From: Collinsella sp. UBA6357
GTDB taxonomy: Bacteria > Actinomycetota > Coriobacteriia > Coriobacteriales > Coriobacteriaceae
Length of the DNA stretch: 64,000 nucleotides
Direction: 5' to 3'
NCBI GenBank assembly: GCA_002437815.1
Contig: DJRP01000028.1
Location: 41,471-105,470, forward strand
The number at the start of each line of letters is the position of its first letter. Within the stretch, counting starts at the first letter, position 1. The position numbers and the translations under genes are program-made. The notes below the pieces were generated by a model, which did not search any database, was not told the origin of the DNA, and was given only the letters and a program-made list of their open reading frames with translations. Positions 15,637 to 23,661 of the stretch are shown piece by piece.

Positions 15637-18369
15637 TTACAGGTCTTCGAGCAGGTCCTCGATAAAGCCCACACGGTAGTTCTTGAAGATGACCTCGCCG
15701 CCGTCCTGGGTGGCATCGAGGTCGACGTCGCCCATGATGCCAAAGTCGTGGTCGCCGTCCTCGTCGGCGAAGATCTGGTGCACGTGCCACACGTGATCGC
15801 TCTTCTCGTCCGATTCGTCGATCGTGAACATCGCCGTCGAGTGAGCATCGCCATCGGTGAGGATTTCCTCATGCTGCTCGTGGTAGGTGTCGAGCGCCTT
15901 TTGCCAGCGCACCTCGCCCATACCCCACTCACTGTCGAGCTCTCCCAGGTCGCGCACGTGTCCGCGCGCGGCAAGCGTCACACGGCGGAAGAGGGCGTTG
16001 CGCACGAGCAGCGTGCATCCGCGGCGGTCGGCCACGACCTCGTCGATGCCCTTGGGCGGAGCGGCGTCGAGCGCGGCGGGGTTGCCGGCGTTCTCCCACT
16101 CGTCGACCAGGCTCGAGTCAACGGAGCGCACCACGAAACCGAGCCAGCTGATGATGTCGTTCAGGCGCTCGTCGCGTTTCTCGATGGGCACGGTACGGTC
16201 GAGAGAACGGTAGGCCTCGGCCAGGTAGCGCAGGAGGATGCCCTCTGAGCGGGCGATGCCGAGCTTTTGGATATAGCCCTTGAAGTCGCTTGCGCTCTCG
16301 AGCATATCGCGCAGGACGCTCTTGGGGGAGAGGCGGTAATCGTTGGCCCAGGGGACCTCTTGGCAGTATCTGTAAAATGCGGCATCGAGCAGGTCCTCGA
16401 GGGGCTTCTCATACGTGACGTCTTGGATGCGCTCGAGACGCTCTTCGTATTCGATGCCGTCCGCCTTCATCTCGGCCATGGCGCGGTCGCGGGCGGCGCG
16501 TTCCTGGGCGCGGAGCACCTGCTTGGGATCCTCGAGCGTGGCCTCGACCATAGAGATGAGGTCCATGGTGTAGGTCTCGCTCTCGGGATCGAGGAGCTCC
16601 AGCGCCGCGAGTAAAAACGGCGAGAGCGGTTGGTCGAGCGCGAAGTCGTCGGGCAGGTCGACGGTGAGGGCATAGTCGATGTCGGGCTCGGTGTCCGCAG
16701 ATGCTCCCGGCGCCGGCGGGACCTCCGTGCGCACGACGACGCCGGAATCGATGAGCGTGGCGAAGACCTCGTCAGCGCGAAGCTCGAGCTTGGTCTTCTC
16801 CTCGGGGGTCTGCAGACTCGTCTCGATCAGGTCGTGCACGCGGGCGCGTGCGTCGCCGCCTTGCTCCACCACGCTGATCACCATGGAATGTGTGATGCGA
16901 AGACGCGGCTTGAGCGTCTCGGGCTGCGTCTCGATCAGGCGCTGATAAGTCTGCTTATTCCAGGTTACAAAGCCCTCGGGTGCCTTTTTCTTCTTGATCT
17001 TGCGGAGCTTCTTGGGGTCGTCGCCCGCTTTGGCCATGAGCTTGGCGTTCTCGATCTCGTGTTCCGGTGCCTCGGCGATGACCATGCCCTCGGTGTCAAA
17101 GCCCGAGCGCCCGGCGCGACCGGCGATCTGGTGGAACTCGCGGGCGCGCAGGCGGCGCATCTTGTATCCGTCGAACTTGGTGAGCGCCGTGAGCAGCACG
17201 GTATGGATGGGCACGTTGATGCCGACGCCGAGCGTGTCGGTGCCGCAGATCACGGGCAGAAGGCCCTGCTGCGCCAAGCGCTCGACGAGCAGGCGGTAGC
17301 GCGGCAGCATGCCGGCGTGGTGCACGCCCACGCCGCAGCCGAGCAGGCGCTTCAGGATCTTGCCGAAGGCGGTCGAGAAGCTCGTGCCGCGGGAAGCCTC
17401 TTTGATGGCCTCGCGCTGCTCCTTAGTCGCGATGCCGAAGTTCGCAAGCGACTGGGCCGTGGAAAGTGCGGCGTCCTGGCTGAAGTGCACGATGTAGAGC
17501 GGGGCCTCGCCGCGGCGCATGGCGAGCTCGACGGTTCCCTCGATGGAGGTCGTGACGTAGTCATAGCTGAGCGGTACGGGGCGCGGCGCGTCGACGACGA
17601 GATCGCAGGCGGCACCGGTGTGCTCCTCGAGCGAGGCCGCGATGGCGGTGACGTCGCCGAGGGTGGCGCTCATGAGCATGAACTGCGTATGGGGAAGCGT
17701 GAGCAGAGGAACCTGCCAGGCCCAACCGCGGTCGGGGTCGGCGAAGTAATGGAACTCGTCCATGGCCACGCAGCCTACATCGGCACCCTCTCCTTCGCGC
17801 AGGGCGTCGTTGGCAAGGATCTCGGCCGTGCAGCAGATCACGGGTGCCTTGGTGTTGATGTGCGTGTCGCCCGTGATCATGCCTACATTGTCGCGGCCGA
17901 GCACCTGGACAAGGTCGAAAAACTTCTCGCTCACGAGCGCCTTGATGGGCGCGGTGTAGTAGCAGCGTTTGCCTTGGGCCATGCCCATGAAGAGCATGCC
18001 GAGTGCGACGAGCGACTTGCCCGATCCCGTGGGGGTGCCCAGGATCACGTGATCGCCGGCTGCGAGGTCCATGAGGGCTTCTTCCTGGTGGTCCCAGAGT
18101 TCGATTCCGCGCTCGGCCGTCCATTCGTAGAAGCGCTCGAACGCCTCGTCGGGGGCGAGCCAAGGCTCGGGCTCGCTGCCGTCCTCGGGCTCCCACCAGG
18201 TGGGGGAGAGGCTCCCGAGCGAGCCGAACTCCGCCTCGGTACCGGTGCCGCCGGCAAAGGAGCTCGCCGCGCCGGCGCCGGTGACGGGTGCTGCGCTCAC
18301 GGCAGAGTTTTGGTCGGTATCGGTTTTGTTTGATGCCATATCGCTGCTTTCTATCGTTTCATCTGTCAT
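15637..18369 (-). CDS. DEAD/DEAH-box SF2 helicase with a long C-terminal DUF3516-like region (actinobacterial Ski2-like type)
   Basis: 910 aa. Motif I is GTPTGSGKS, motif II is MDEFHY, and SAT and QIAGRAGRSG are present. About 400 aa follow the helicase core. Confidence 0.8.
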   Translation of the reverse strand: MTDETIESSDMASNKTDTDQNSAVSAAPVTGAGAASSFAGGTGTEAEFGSLGSLSPTWWEPEDGSEPEPWLAPDEAFERFYEWTAERGIELWDHQEEALMDLAAGDHVILGTPTGSGKSLVALGMLFMGMAQGKRCYYTAPIKALVSEKFFDLVQVLGRDNVGMITGDTHINTKAPVICCTAEILANDALREGEGADVGCVAMDEFHYFADPDRGWAWQVPLLTLPHTQFMLMSATLGDVTAIAASLEEHTGAACDLVVDAPRPVPLSYDYVTTSIEGTVELAMRRGEAPLYIVHFSQDAALSTAQSLANFGIATKEQREAIKEASRGTSFSTAFGKILKRLLGCGVGVHHAGMLPRYRLLVERLAQQGLLPVICGTDTLGVGINVPIHTVLLTALTKFDGYKMRRLRAREFHQIAGRAGRSGFDTEGMVIAEAPEHEIENAKLMAKAGDDPKKLRKIKKKKAPEGFVTWNKQTYQRLIETQPETLKPRLRITHSMVISVVEQGGDARARVHDLIETSLQTPEEKTKLELRADEVFATLIDSGVVVRTEVPPAPGASADTEPDIDYALTVDLPDDFALDQPLSPFLLAALELLDPESETYTMDLISMVEATLEDPKQVLRAQERAARDRAMAEMKADGIEYEERLERIQDVTYEKPLEDLLDAAFYRYCQEVPWANDYRLSPKSVLRDMLESASDFKGYIQKLGIARSEGILLRYLAEAYRSLDRTVPIEKRDERLNDIISWLGFVVRSVDSSLVDEWENAGNPAALDAAPPKGIDEVVADRRGCTLLVRNALFRRVTLAARGHVRDLGELDSEWGMGEVRWQKALDTYHEQHEEILTDGDAHSTAMFTIDESDEKSDHVWHVHQIFADEDGDHDFGIMGDVDLDATQDGGEVIFKNYRVGFIEDLLEDL

Positions 18370-18460
18370 TCATTATGGCGGAGCTCGCGGATGCCGGGCC
18401 GTAATGTCCGAAAATGCCGAATATCGTCGTGTAGGACACCATTACCAACGCTTTGTTTTG

Positions 18461-18582
18461 CGTTATGTGTAGGTTAAATCGGCCAAGCCGACTATACAGG
18501 TATCTCGACAGCATTTTACCTGCGAAAACGTGAGCGAAAGCCATCCTATATCCGGCCTATTTCCTTAGACCTACACATAACG
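18461..18582. repeat. Long-hairpin element copy A (122 bp)
   Basis: Terminal inverted repeats are CGTTATGTGTAGGT (18461-74) and ACCTACACATAACG (18569-82). Inner arms are partly complementary (GCCGACTATA / TATATCCGGC). The conserved centre ACCTGCG lies at 18518-24, exactly mid-element. The element sits 5 nt downstream of the stop of the 18587-19750 gene. Confidence 0.8.
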
Positions 18583-18586
18583 AAGA

Positions 18587-19750
18587 CTATCGTCTCTTTT
18601 GGCGACCTCGATCGCATCTCCAGCGTTCTTGAGTGCCGATTGTTTCCCAGTCGACGAAGATATTTCGCCGTAAATCGAGCTCAGCTTCCTTTTCCGTCGG
18701 CGTCTTGTCGCGAAACTCCATGGATATCTTCTCGAAGATCAGGCGCCTGAGGACATCAAATTGTTGCTGGCTTGATATTTGTTGATACGTGATAAAGACA
18801 ATCTCATAACCCATGGTAGACAGAGCGGTTGCTCTGTCGGCATCCGAGTCTTTAACTCCGCCGACTCCGTGCGAGATGCGCCCTTGACACTCAAGCGCCA
18901 GGTCATGCTCACCGTCCTCGGATGTCAAGTAGATATCGATATAGGCGCGTTTGTTCTTGCATAGTTTTCGAGCGTCGGCACTTAACATGACTTCGTGGTT
19001 GTTTGAGATCGATAAACCCTCCCCACCGCTCGACCTTGGTAAGAACAGCAGCAAAGAGAGCTGTGCCTCGAAGGGGGATGCCGTTACTCCCGAAACCATG
19101 TGGAAGGCGCTTGCGAGACGTTTGTTCCCACGAATGCCTCTCGTCGATTCGATGAATTTGCCAAGCTCATGCAGCTCGACGAGCGGGGCTCGCGACCAGA
19201 GGTTGCTGGGGGTTCCGTCATCGCCGGCGATGCGTTTCCATCCATCGACTCCCTTGGCCAGCTCCTGGCGATACGGGGCAAGGAGCTCCTCTATCGTGTC
19301 GCTCGGGTTGAAGATGGCAAAGGAGCCGCACATCTCATATATCGCCAGCGCGAGGCGTTCCGTCGTAACCGTGCTCGCAAGAGAGAGGAGCGTCATTTCC
19401 GGCGAAGTGACCTTGAAGTCATGCTCGGTTTCGCGTATCGATCCAAAGGGTAGATCGGCGCTGCACACCCTGTGCTTGAAACACTTTGCGTTCGTACGAT
19501 GCTTTGCGTTGGGGACCAGGATGTTGAGGGGAAAGCCTATCGCGTCCGTCAGGGTGAGATTCGAAGTGAGATCGCTGTGGTGGACATTCGATTCATCAAT
19601 CGTGACCATCGGCAGCAGCGAGAGTACCGGGGGTGGAATCCGGTAGTAGTTGAAAGCCGATATGTTGCAAAGCGTAATGTCCATGATGGACATAGCGTAC
19701 CCGCCGAGCGAGCATTCCAAAACGCTGGGGAGGGAGTGACCGTTTGGCAT
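18587..19750 (-). CDS. Orphan protein with a C-terminal DUF559/Vsr-like (PD-(D/E)xK) endonuclease-type domain, in a low-GC patch
   Basis: The C-terminus reads RAYIDIYLTSEDGEHDLALECQGRISHG...DADRATALSTMGYEIVFITYQQI. This fits the DUF559 pattern (D..w....vE.DG..H....D..R...L...G..v.R.t). The upstream part resembles the N-terminal regions that accompany DUF559 in actinobacterial proteins (VTSPEMTLLSLAS, SPFEAQLSLLL). The start is uncertain (ATG 19750, 19693 or 19684) and no clear RBS is visible. Confidence 0.55.
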   Translation of the reverse strand: MPNGHSLPSVLECSLGGYAMSIMDITLCNISAFNYYRIPPPVLSLLPMVTIDESNVHHSDLTSNLTLTDAIGFPLNILVPNAKHRTNAKCFKHRVCSADLPFGSIRETEHDFKVTSPEMTLLSLASTVTTERLALAIYEMCGSFAIFNPSDTIEELLAPYRQELAKGVDGWKRIAGDDGTPSNLWSRAPLVELHELGKFIESTRGIRGNKRLASAFHMVSGVTASPFEAQLSLLLFLPRSSGGEGLSISNNHEVMLSADARKLCKNKRAYIDIYLTSEDGEHDLALECQGRISHGVGGVKDSDADRATALSTMGYEIVFITYQQISSQQQFDVLRRLIFEKISMEFRDKTPTEKEAELDLRRNIFVDWETIGTQERWRCDRGRQKRR

Positions 19751-19834
19751 CGGCTAACGGGGGATACTTGACAACGGGGAGATGACCGCGGCAACGTGGG
19801 CGAAGGGAGCTGATTTTGAGCTGCTCGTTAGCCG
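19751..19834. repeat. 9-bp inverted repeat bracketing the 5-prime region of the orphan gene
   Basis: CGGCTAACG (19751-59) and CGTTAGCCG (19826-34) are separated by 66 nt. The repeat starts immediately upstream of ATG 19750. Confidence 0.5.
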
Positions 19835-19842
19835 GATCACCT

Positions 19843-19964
19843 TGTTATGTGTAGGTTTGTGGCCAACTGCTGAGTATTCATGAAAATGCTAAATCGTTGA
19901 CCTGCGGAAATATAGATCGAACATGGGCCATACCCGAGTAATTCGAATTGACCTACACATAACG
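19843..19964. repeat. Long-hairpin element copy B (122 bp)
   Basis: Terminal inverted repeats are (T)GTTATGTGTAGGT (19843-56) and ACCTACACATAACG (19951-64). The centre ACCTGCG lies at 19900-06. It aligns without gaps to copy A. It lies 40 nt downstream of the trmB stop. Confidence 0.8.
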
Positions 19965-20004
19965 TGAAATAATGTCGAACCAAGCTCGGTTTTGGGCGGC
20001 TTGG

Positions 20005-20850
20005 TTACCTGTTGGACTCCTGTGGAAGCGCGCTTTTGCCTTTACGGGCGCGGTTTATAAAGTTTTCAACGGCCTCTTCCATGCCGAGTGGCACATAGGT
20101 GAGGGAGTCGAGATCCCTCGGTAGGTAGCAGGCGAGGCTTTGCTCCTGTGTGCGTCCCGCGGCGATCTGCTCGTCCGCAGGTTCGGGGCCCGGTGTGGCG
20201 CAGATGCCGTGGACGGTGGCCCCCATCTCGTGGGTGCGGTGCTCATATTCGGTCTCGGGGTGCTCGGGGTGGTCCGCGCGCATGTCGTCACTTTCCCAGA
20301 CCGTCTCGTATCCTGCGGCGGCAAACTGCCCGCGCGCATAGTCGCGCAGGGGTTGGCTGTCCGTGCGGAGCGTCACGGTCGCGCCGACGGCGAGCAGCGG
20401 GCGGTACGACAGGAGCGCGTCGATGTAGACGAGCCGGCGTTTGGCGTGTCGCGCCTTGGGGCACGGCGTGGGAAAGTTGATCGTGATGGCATCGAGCTCA
20501 CCCGGGGCAAACAGCGCCGACAGCGAGGTTGCTCGGCGCGGCAGGACGATGGCGTTCGCGAGCCCCGCCTCGCAGATCTTCTGCGCGGCATAGGCGATGC
20601 AGATGGGCTCTTGATCAATGCCGATAAACAGTGCACGGGGCTCGCGCTGCGCTCTTTCGACAAGATAGGTGCCTTTACCGCATCCAAGATCGAGGTGGAC
20701 GCGGGCAGATGGGGCGTCGCCGATTGCCGCGCAGGCCTCGCGCCAGCGACCGCTATAGCATTCGGGCGTCATTTCGATTGCGCTGGCGTAGCGCTCCAAG
20801 CGCTCTTCGAGCACAAAGTTCTTGGGCGTTCGGACATGTACGGCTCCCAT
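20005..20850 (-). CDS. trmB: tRNA (guanine46-N7)-methyltransferase TrmB-like
   Basis: LDLGCGKGTYLVERAQREPRALFIGID and FPTPCPKARHAKRRL match the TrmB FPDPW..K..HKRR region. An AAGGAG RBS precedes ATG 20850. The track N-terminal extension is rejected. Confidence 0.75.
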   Translation of the reverse strand: MGAVHVRTPKNFVLEERLERYASAIEMTPECYSGRWREACAAIGDAPSARVHLDLGCGKGTYLVERAQREPRALFIGIDQEPICIAYAAQKICEAGLANAIVLPRRATSLSALFAPGELDAITINFPTPCPKARHAKRRLVYIDALLSYRPLLAVGATVTLRTDSQPLRDYARGQFAAAGYETVWESDDMRADHPEHPETEYEHRTHEMGATVHGICATPGPEPADEQIAAGRTQEQSLACYLPRDLDSLTYVPLGMEEAVENFINRARKGKSALPQESNR

Positions 20851-20893
20851 GGGGCTCCTTGTTTGAGTCTGAGTTGGGTGAAGGACAGCGACA

Positions 20894-21832
20894 CTACAGG
20901 CGCTTGAGGATGACGTAGCGGTTGAGATCGCCGGAGCGGCCGTCGGCATGGAAGCGCTCGAGTTCGCGCACAGGCACCTCTCCACTTTTGTAGAACGTTC
21001 GCACGCCACGCACCAGCTCGGTGATCTGCGCATCGTCGAAGTGGTGGCAGTACCGATAAGCGTGCCGATCGTTCTGCCAGCCGATTAAATGGTCGCCGGG
21101 CTCGAACTGCGTGGACTCATACCCCTCGAAAGGGGGTGCGAGCTCGGCGCGGGCCTCGGCGCGGACGGCCTTCTTGGCCATGCGCTCGTCGTTCATGAAC
21201 TCCCAGAAGCTGATGGCGATGACGCCTCCCGGGCGCGTCTGACGCACCAGCGCATCGAGCACACGCACGCGATACTCGCACGACGGCACGTGATGCATGA
21301 ACCCGAAGCACACCGTGATGTCTGCGAGCGGCGCGTCGAAGAGCGTATCGGGCGGGCAGGCGGGATTGAGCTTCATGAGGGCATCGAGGACATCGAGCTC
21401 CTGGAAATGCAAGTTGGGGATACGAAGGGCATGTCCGCGCGCATCGATGGCGAGGTCCTGACAAGAGTCGACGCCATAAAATTCAAGAGGGAACGTCTCG
21501 TCCATCTGTGGCGTATCGCGCGCGCCCTTGGCCGTAAGCAGACCGCCGGAGAGGAAATGCTCGAAGCGCATGTTGCCGCAAGCGAGGTCGAAGACGCGAA
21601 CGGGCCGCTCGATCTTATCGATATCGAGCTGCCTGATCGCGGTGTCCATGGTGCGGATCCATCCGGGCCATGGTGCCTGACGGGTATCCGAGAACGAAGC
21701 GGAATGTTCGCGATAGAACGTATTGTTGAGCTGGATGAGCGATGAGGCGAAATCGCGGTTCACGGCGCTCTGTCCTCCTGGCGGTCGCGTGGTTGCACTG
21801 GCTTCGACCATACTAACGCGTGACGACCGCAC
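20894..21832 (-). CDS. Class I SAM-dependent methyltransferase, Trm9/CmoM-like by motif reading
   Basis: Motif I is VFDLACGNMRF. FGFMHHVPSCEYRVRVLDALVRQTRPGGVIAISFWEF and YRYCHHFDDAQITELV resemble the Trm9 pattern (HH...RR..l.el.RvLkPGG...vW..EQ ... RYYH.F..gEL). The start is either GTG 21832 or ATG 21811. Confidence 0.6.
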   Translation of the reverse strand: MRSSRVSMVEASATTRPPGGQSAVNRDFASSLIQLNNTFYREHSASFSDTRQAPWPGWIRTMDTAIRQLDIDKIERPVRVFDLACGNMRFEHFLSGGLLTAKGARDTPQMDETFPLEFYGVDSCQDLAIDARGHALRIPNLHFQELDVLDALMKLNPACPPDTLFDAPLADITVCFGFMHHVPSCEYRVRVLDALVRQTRPGGVIAISFWEFMNDERMAKKAVRAEARAELAPPFEGYESTQFEPGDHLIGWQNDRHAYRYCHHFDDAQITELVRGVRTFYKSGEVPVRELERFHADGRSGDLNRYVILKRL

Positions 21833-22030
21833 GATTTGGCGAAGTGACTAAAATCGTTATGTGATTCATCATCTTCGCAGCTCATGGACCACGCAACCGC
21901 TGGTTGTCAAAACGCTCACCAGAATAGGTGGAGCGATTTGCGCGGTGGCGGATACATTATGAGGCGTCAAAGGTGCCTTGAGATCGAAGACCGCTCGGAC
22001 ATTCGCCCGGGCCCATGCATTGGAGGATAT

Positions 22031-22693
22031 ATGAACGTCGAGACGGCGCAACGACTTGCCGATCTTCGCCGCAGCAAGGGATATAGCCAAGAAGGGCTGG
22101 CACGCAAGCTCGGACTCTCACGTCAAGCGGTGAGCAAGTGGGAGCGGGCGGAGAGCTCTCCCGATACCGAGAACCTGATCGCGCTTGCCAAGCTCTATGG
22201 CGTGAGCCTGGACGAGCTTCTGAACCAGAGTGATGAGATCGAGGACGACATCGCGTTCGAGAACGAGGACCGGGCGCGTCAGCGCGAGGCGGAGGCGGCG
22301 GAGCGGGCCCGCACGCACGAGGCGGCGGCGCGGGCGACTGAGGCGGCGTCGCAGGCGAGCGATGCCGCGGCGAAGGCGGCCCAGGCGGCGAGTTGGAGCG
22401 CGCAGGCCGCGAATGCGGCGACGGCGACGGGCAACGCCAAACCTGAGAAGGGCCCGTTCCAGTCGTTCCCGTATTGGGCGGTCTGCTGGATTCTCTTCTT
22501 CGTGCTGTTCTTCGCGTTCGGTTTCGGTCCCTTCGCGGCGCTCATTTTCTTTACCATGCCCATCTACAAGTGGGTGGCGCGTTCGCTCGACGGTGACTGG
22601 GCGCGCGGCGATGCTCCCGCCGCGCCCGATTCCCCGGTGGCGGCTCCCGTCGTGCAGGGCGGTCAGGACGACGAGGGTGGTGAGAATCGATGA
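22031..22693 (+). CDS. XRE-family HTH protein with an Ala-rich linker and a C-terminal membrane segment
   Basis: The HTH reads LADLRRSKGYSQEGLARKLGLSRQAVSKWERAESSPDTENLIALAKLYGVSLDELL. The hydrophobic segment is FPYWAVCWILFFVLFFAFGFGPFAALIFFTMPIY. A GGAGGA RBS precedes ATG 22031. Confidence 0.8.
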   Translation: MNVETAQRLADLRRSKGYSQEGLARKLGLSRQAVSKWERAESSPDTENLIALAKLYGVSLDELLNQSDEIEDDIAFENEDRARQREAEAAERARTHEAAARATEAASQASDAAAKAAQAASWSAQAANAATATGNAKPEKGPFQSFPYWAVCWILFFVLFFAFGFGPFAALIFFTMPIYKWVARSLDGDWARGDAPAAPDSPVAAPVVQGGQDDEGGENR

Positions 22694-23568
22694 AGCTTTC
22701 GCACGAGTCGAAAATACGCTTGGGCGTGCTCGCTGCGTCGGCCGCGGCGCTTATCGTGGCAATGTGGGGACTGTCGTTCGCCCGGGGGCGCGCGGTCGAG
22801 AATTTCAATTTCCGCAACATCGCGAAATCCATCGGGGAGGATGTCGATAGTCCCGAGAGCCGCGGGTACGCTTCGATGTTCACGAAGTTGTCGAGCGCAT
22901 CGTTCGCCGCCGATACGGTGCAGGAGGTCGACTTCAATGTGTCCTCGGGCACCGTGAAGACCAAGATCGTCGATGGCGACGAGGTCACGGTGAGCGAGTC
23001 CGCCCATGTCAAGAAGGGCCTCAAGCCGGCGCGCGCGGCTACCAAGGGATTGGCGAGCGTTGAGAACGGCGTGCTCAAGATCTCGAAGTTCGACTACGAT
23101 GACGGGAGCGCGATCGGGCGCGTGGTGACAGTCGGTATCCCGCGCAAACTCGCAGGCAAGTTGAGCCGTATCAACCTGACCGTGGAGTCGGGGGATGTGA
23201 AGATCGATGGCCTGACGTGCAGCGAGCTCGATATGGTCGTGGAGTCCGGCGATGTCGAGTTCAACGGCAGCGTGACCAATAGCCTCGATATCCAACTCGA
23301 GTCGGGTGACGTGAAGGTGATCCTCGACCGTGCCCCCGCGACCGCGATGGACGTGACCGAGGGAAGCGGCGATGTCGAGATCTCCATTCCCGAGAAGACG
23401 GGGTTCACTGCCCAGCTCACGATCGAGAGCGGGGACTTCGAGAGCGATTTCCTCTCCAGCGAAATCGACGGGGATGACGTCTCGAACATGACGTTCGACA
23501 ACGGTGATAAATCGGCGACATATCGTTTCGATATCGATTCGGGGGATATGACGCTGGACTCCCATTAA
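22690..23568 (+). CDS. DUF4097-family beta-repeat protein (putative adhesin fold), membrane anchored
   Basis: It has an N-terminal TM segment and then repeated (V/I)ESGDV(K/E)(I/F) units. Its ATG overlaps the TGA of the XRE gene (ATGA). Confidence 0.75.
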   Translation: MKLSHESKIRLGVLAASAAALIVAMWGLSFARGRAVENFNFRNIAKSIGEDVDSPESRGYASMFTKLSSASFAADTVQEVDFNVSSGTVKTKIVDGDEVTVSESAHVKKGLKPARAATKGLASVENGVLKISKFDYDDGSAIGRVVTVGIPRKLAGKLSRINLTVESGDVKIDGLTCSELDMVVESGDVEFNGSVTNSLDIQLESGDVKVILDRAPATAMDVTEGSGDVEISIPEKTGFTAQLTIESGDFESDFLSSEIDGDDVSNMTFDNGDKSATYRFDIDSGDMTLDSH

Positions 23569-23661
23569 AAATCGGGCAATGGGGCCAATTTGCCTTATTC
23601 ATCGAGAGGTCGGGCGATGCCGCGTGCGGTATCGCCCGGCTTTCCCTTTACAATAAGAGCT

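Noticed and set aside
15637-18369. The DUF3516-type helicase considered as part of a defence system with the neighbouring DUF559-like gene.
   Set aside because: The helicase type is, to my knowledge, a conserved actinobacterial housekeeping protein. It is separated from the orphan gene by a repeat element and by a compositional change. No ATPase, nuclease or methylase partners are arranged as an operon.
18461-19964. Reading the palindromic elements as integron attC sites or as retron msr/msd ncRNA.
   Set aside because: In attC sites the AAC/GTT triplets face inward (RYYYAAC...GTTRRRY), and the conserved part is the ends rather than the centre. Here GTT is outermost and the conserved part is the apical loop. 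No integron integrase or reverse transcriptase gene is present in the window.
21855-21863. CGTTATGTG upstream of the XRE gene, identical to the first 9 nt of the hairpin-element terminus.
   Set aside because: It is a single 9-mer with no partner arm and no loop motif nearby. A match of this length is expected by chance about once in a 64-kb window read on both strands.
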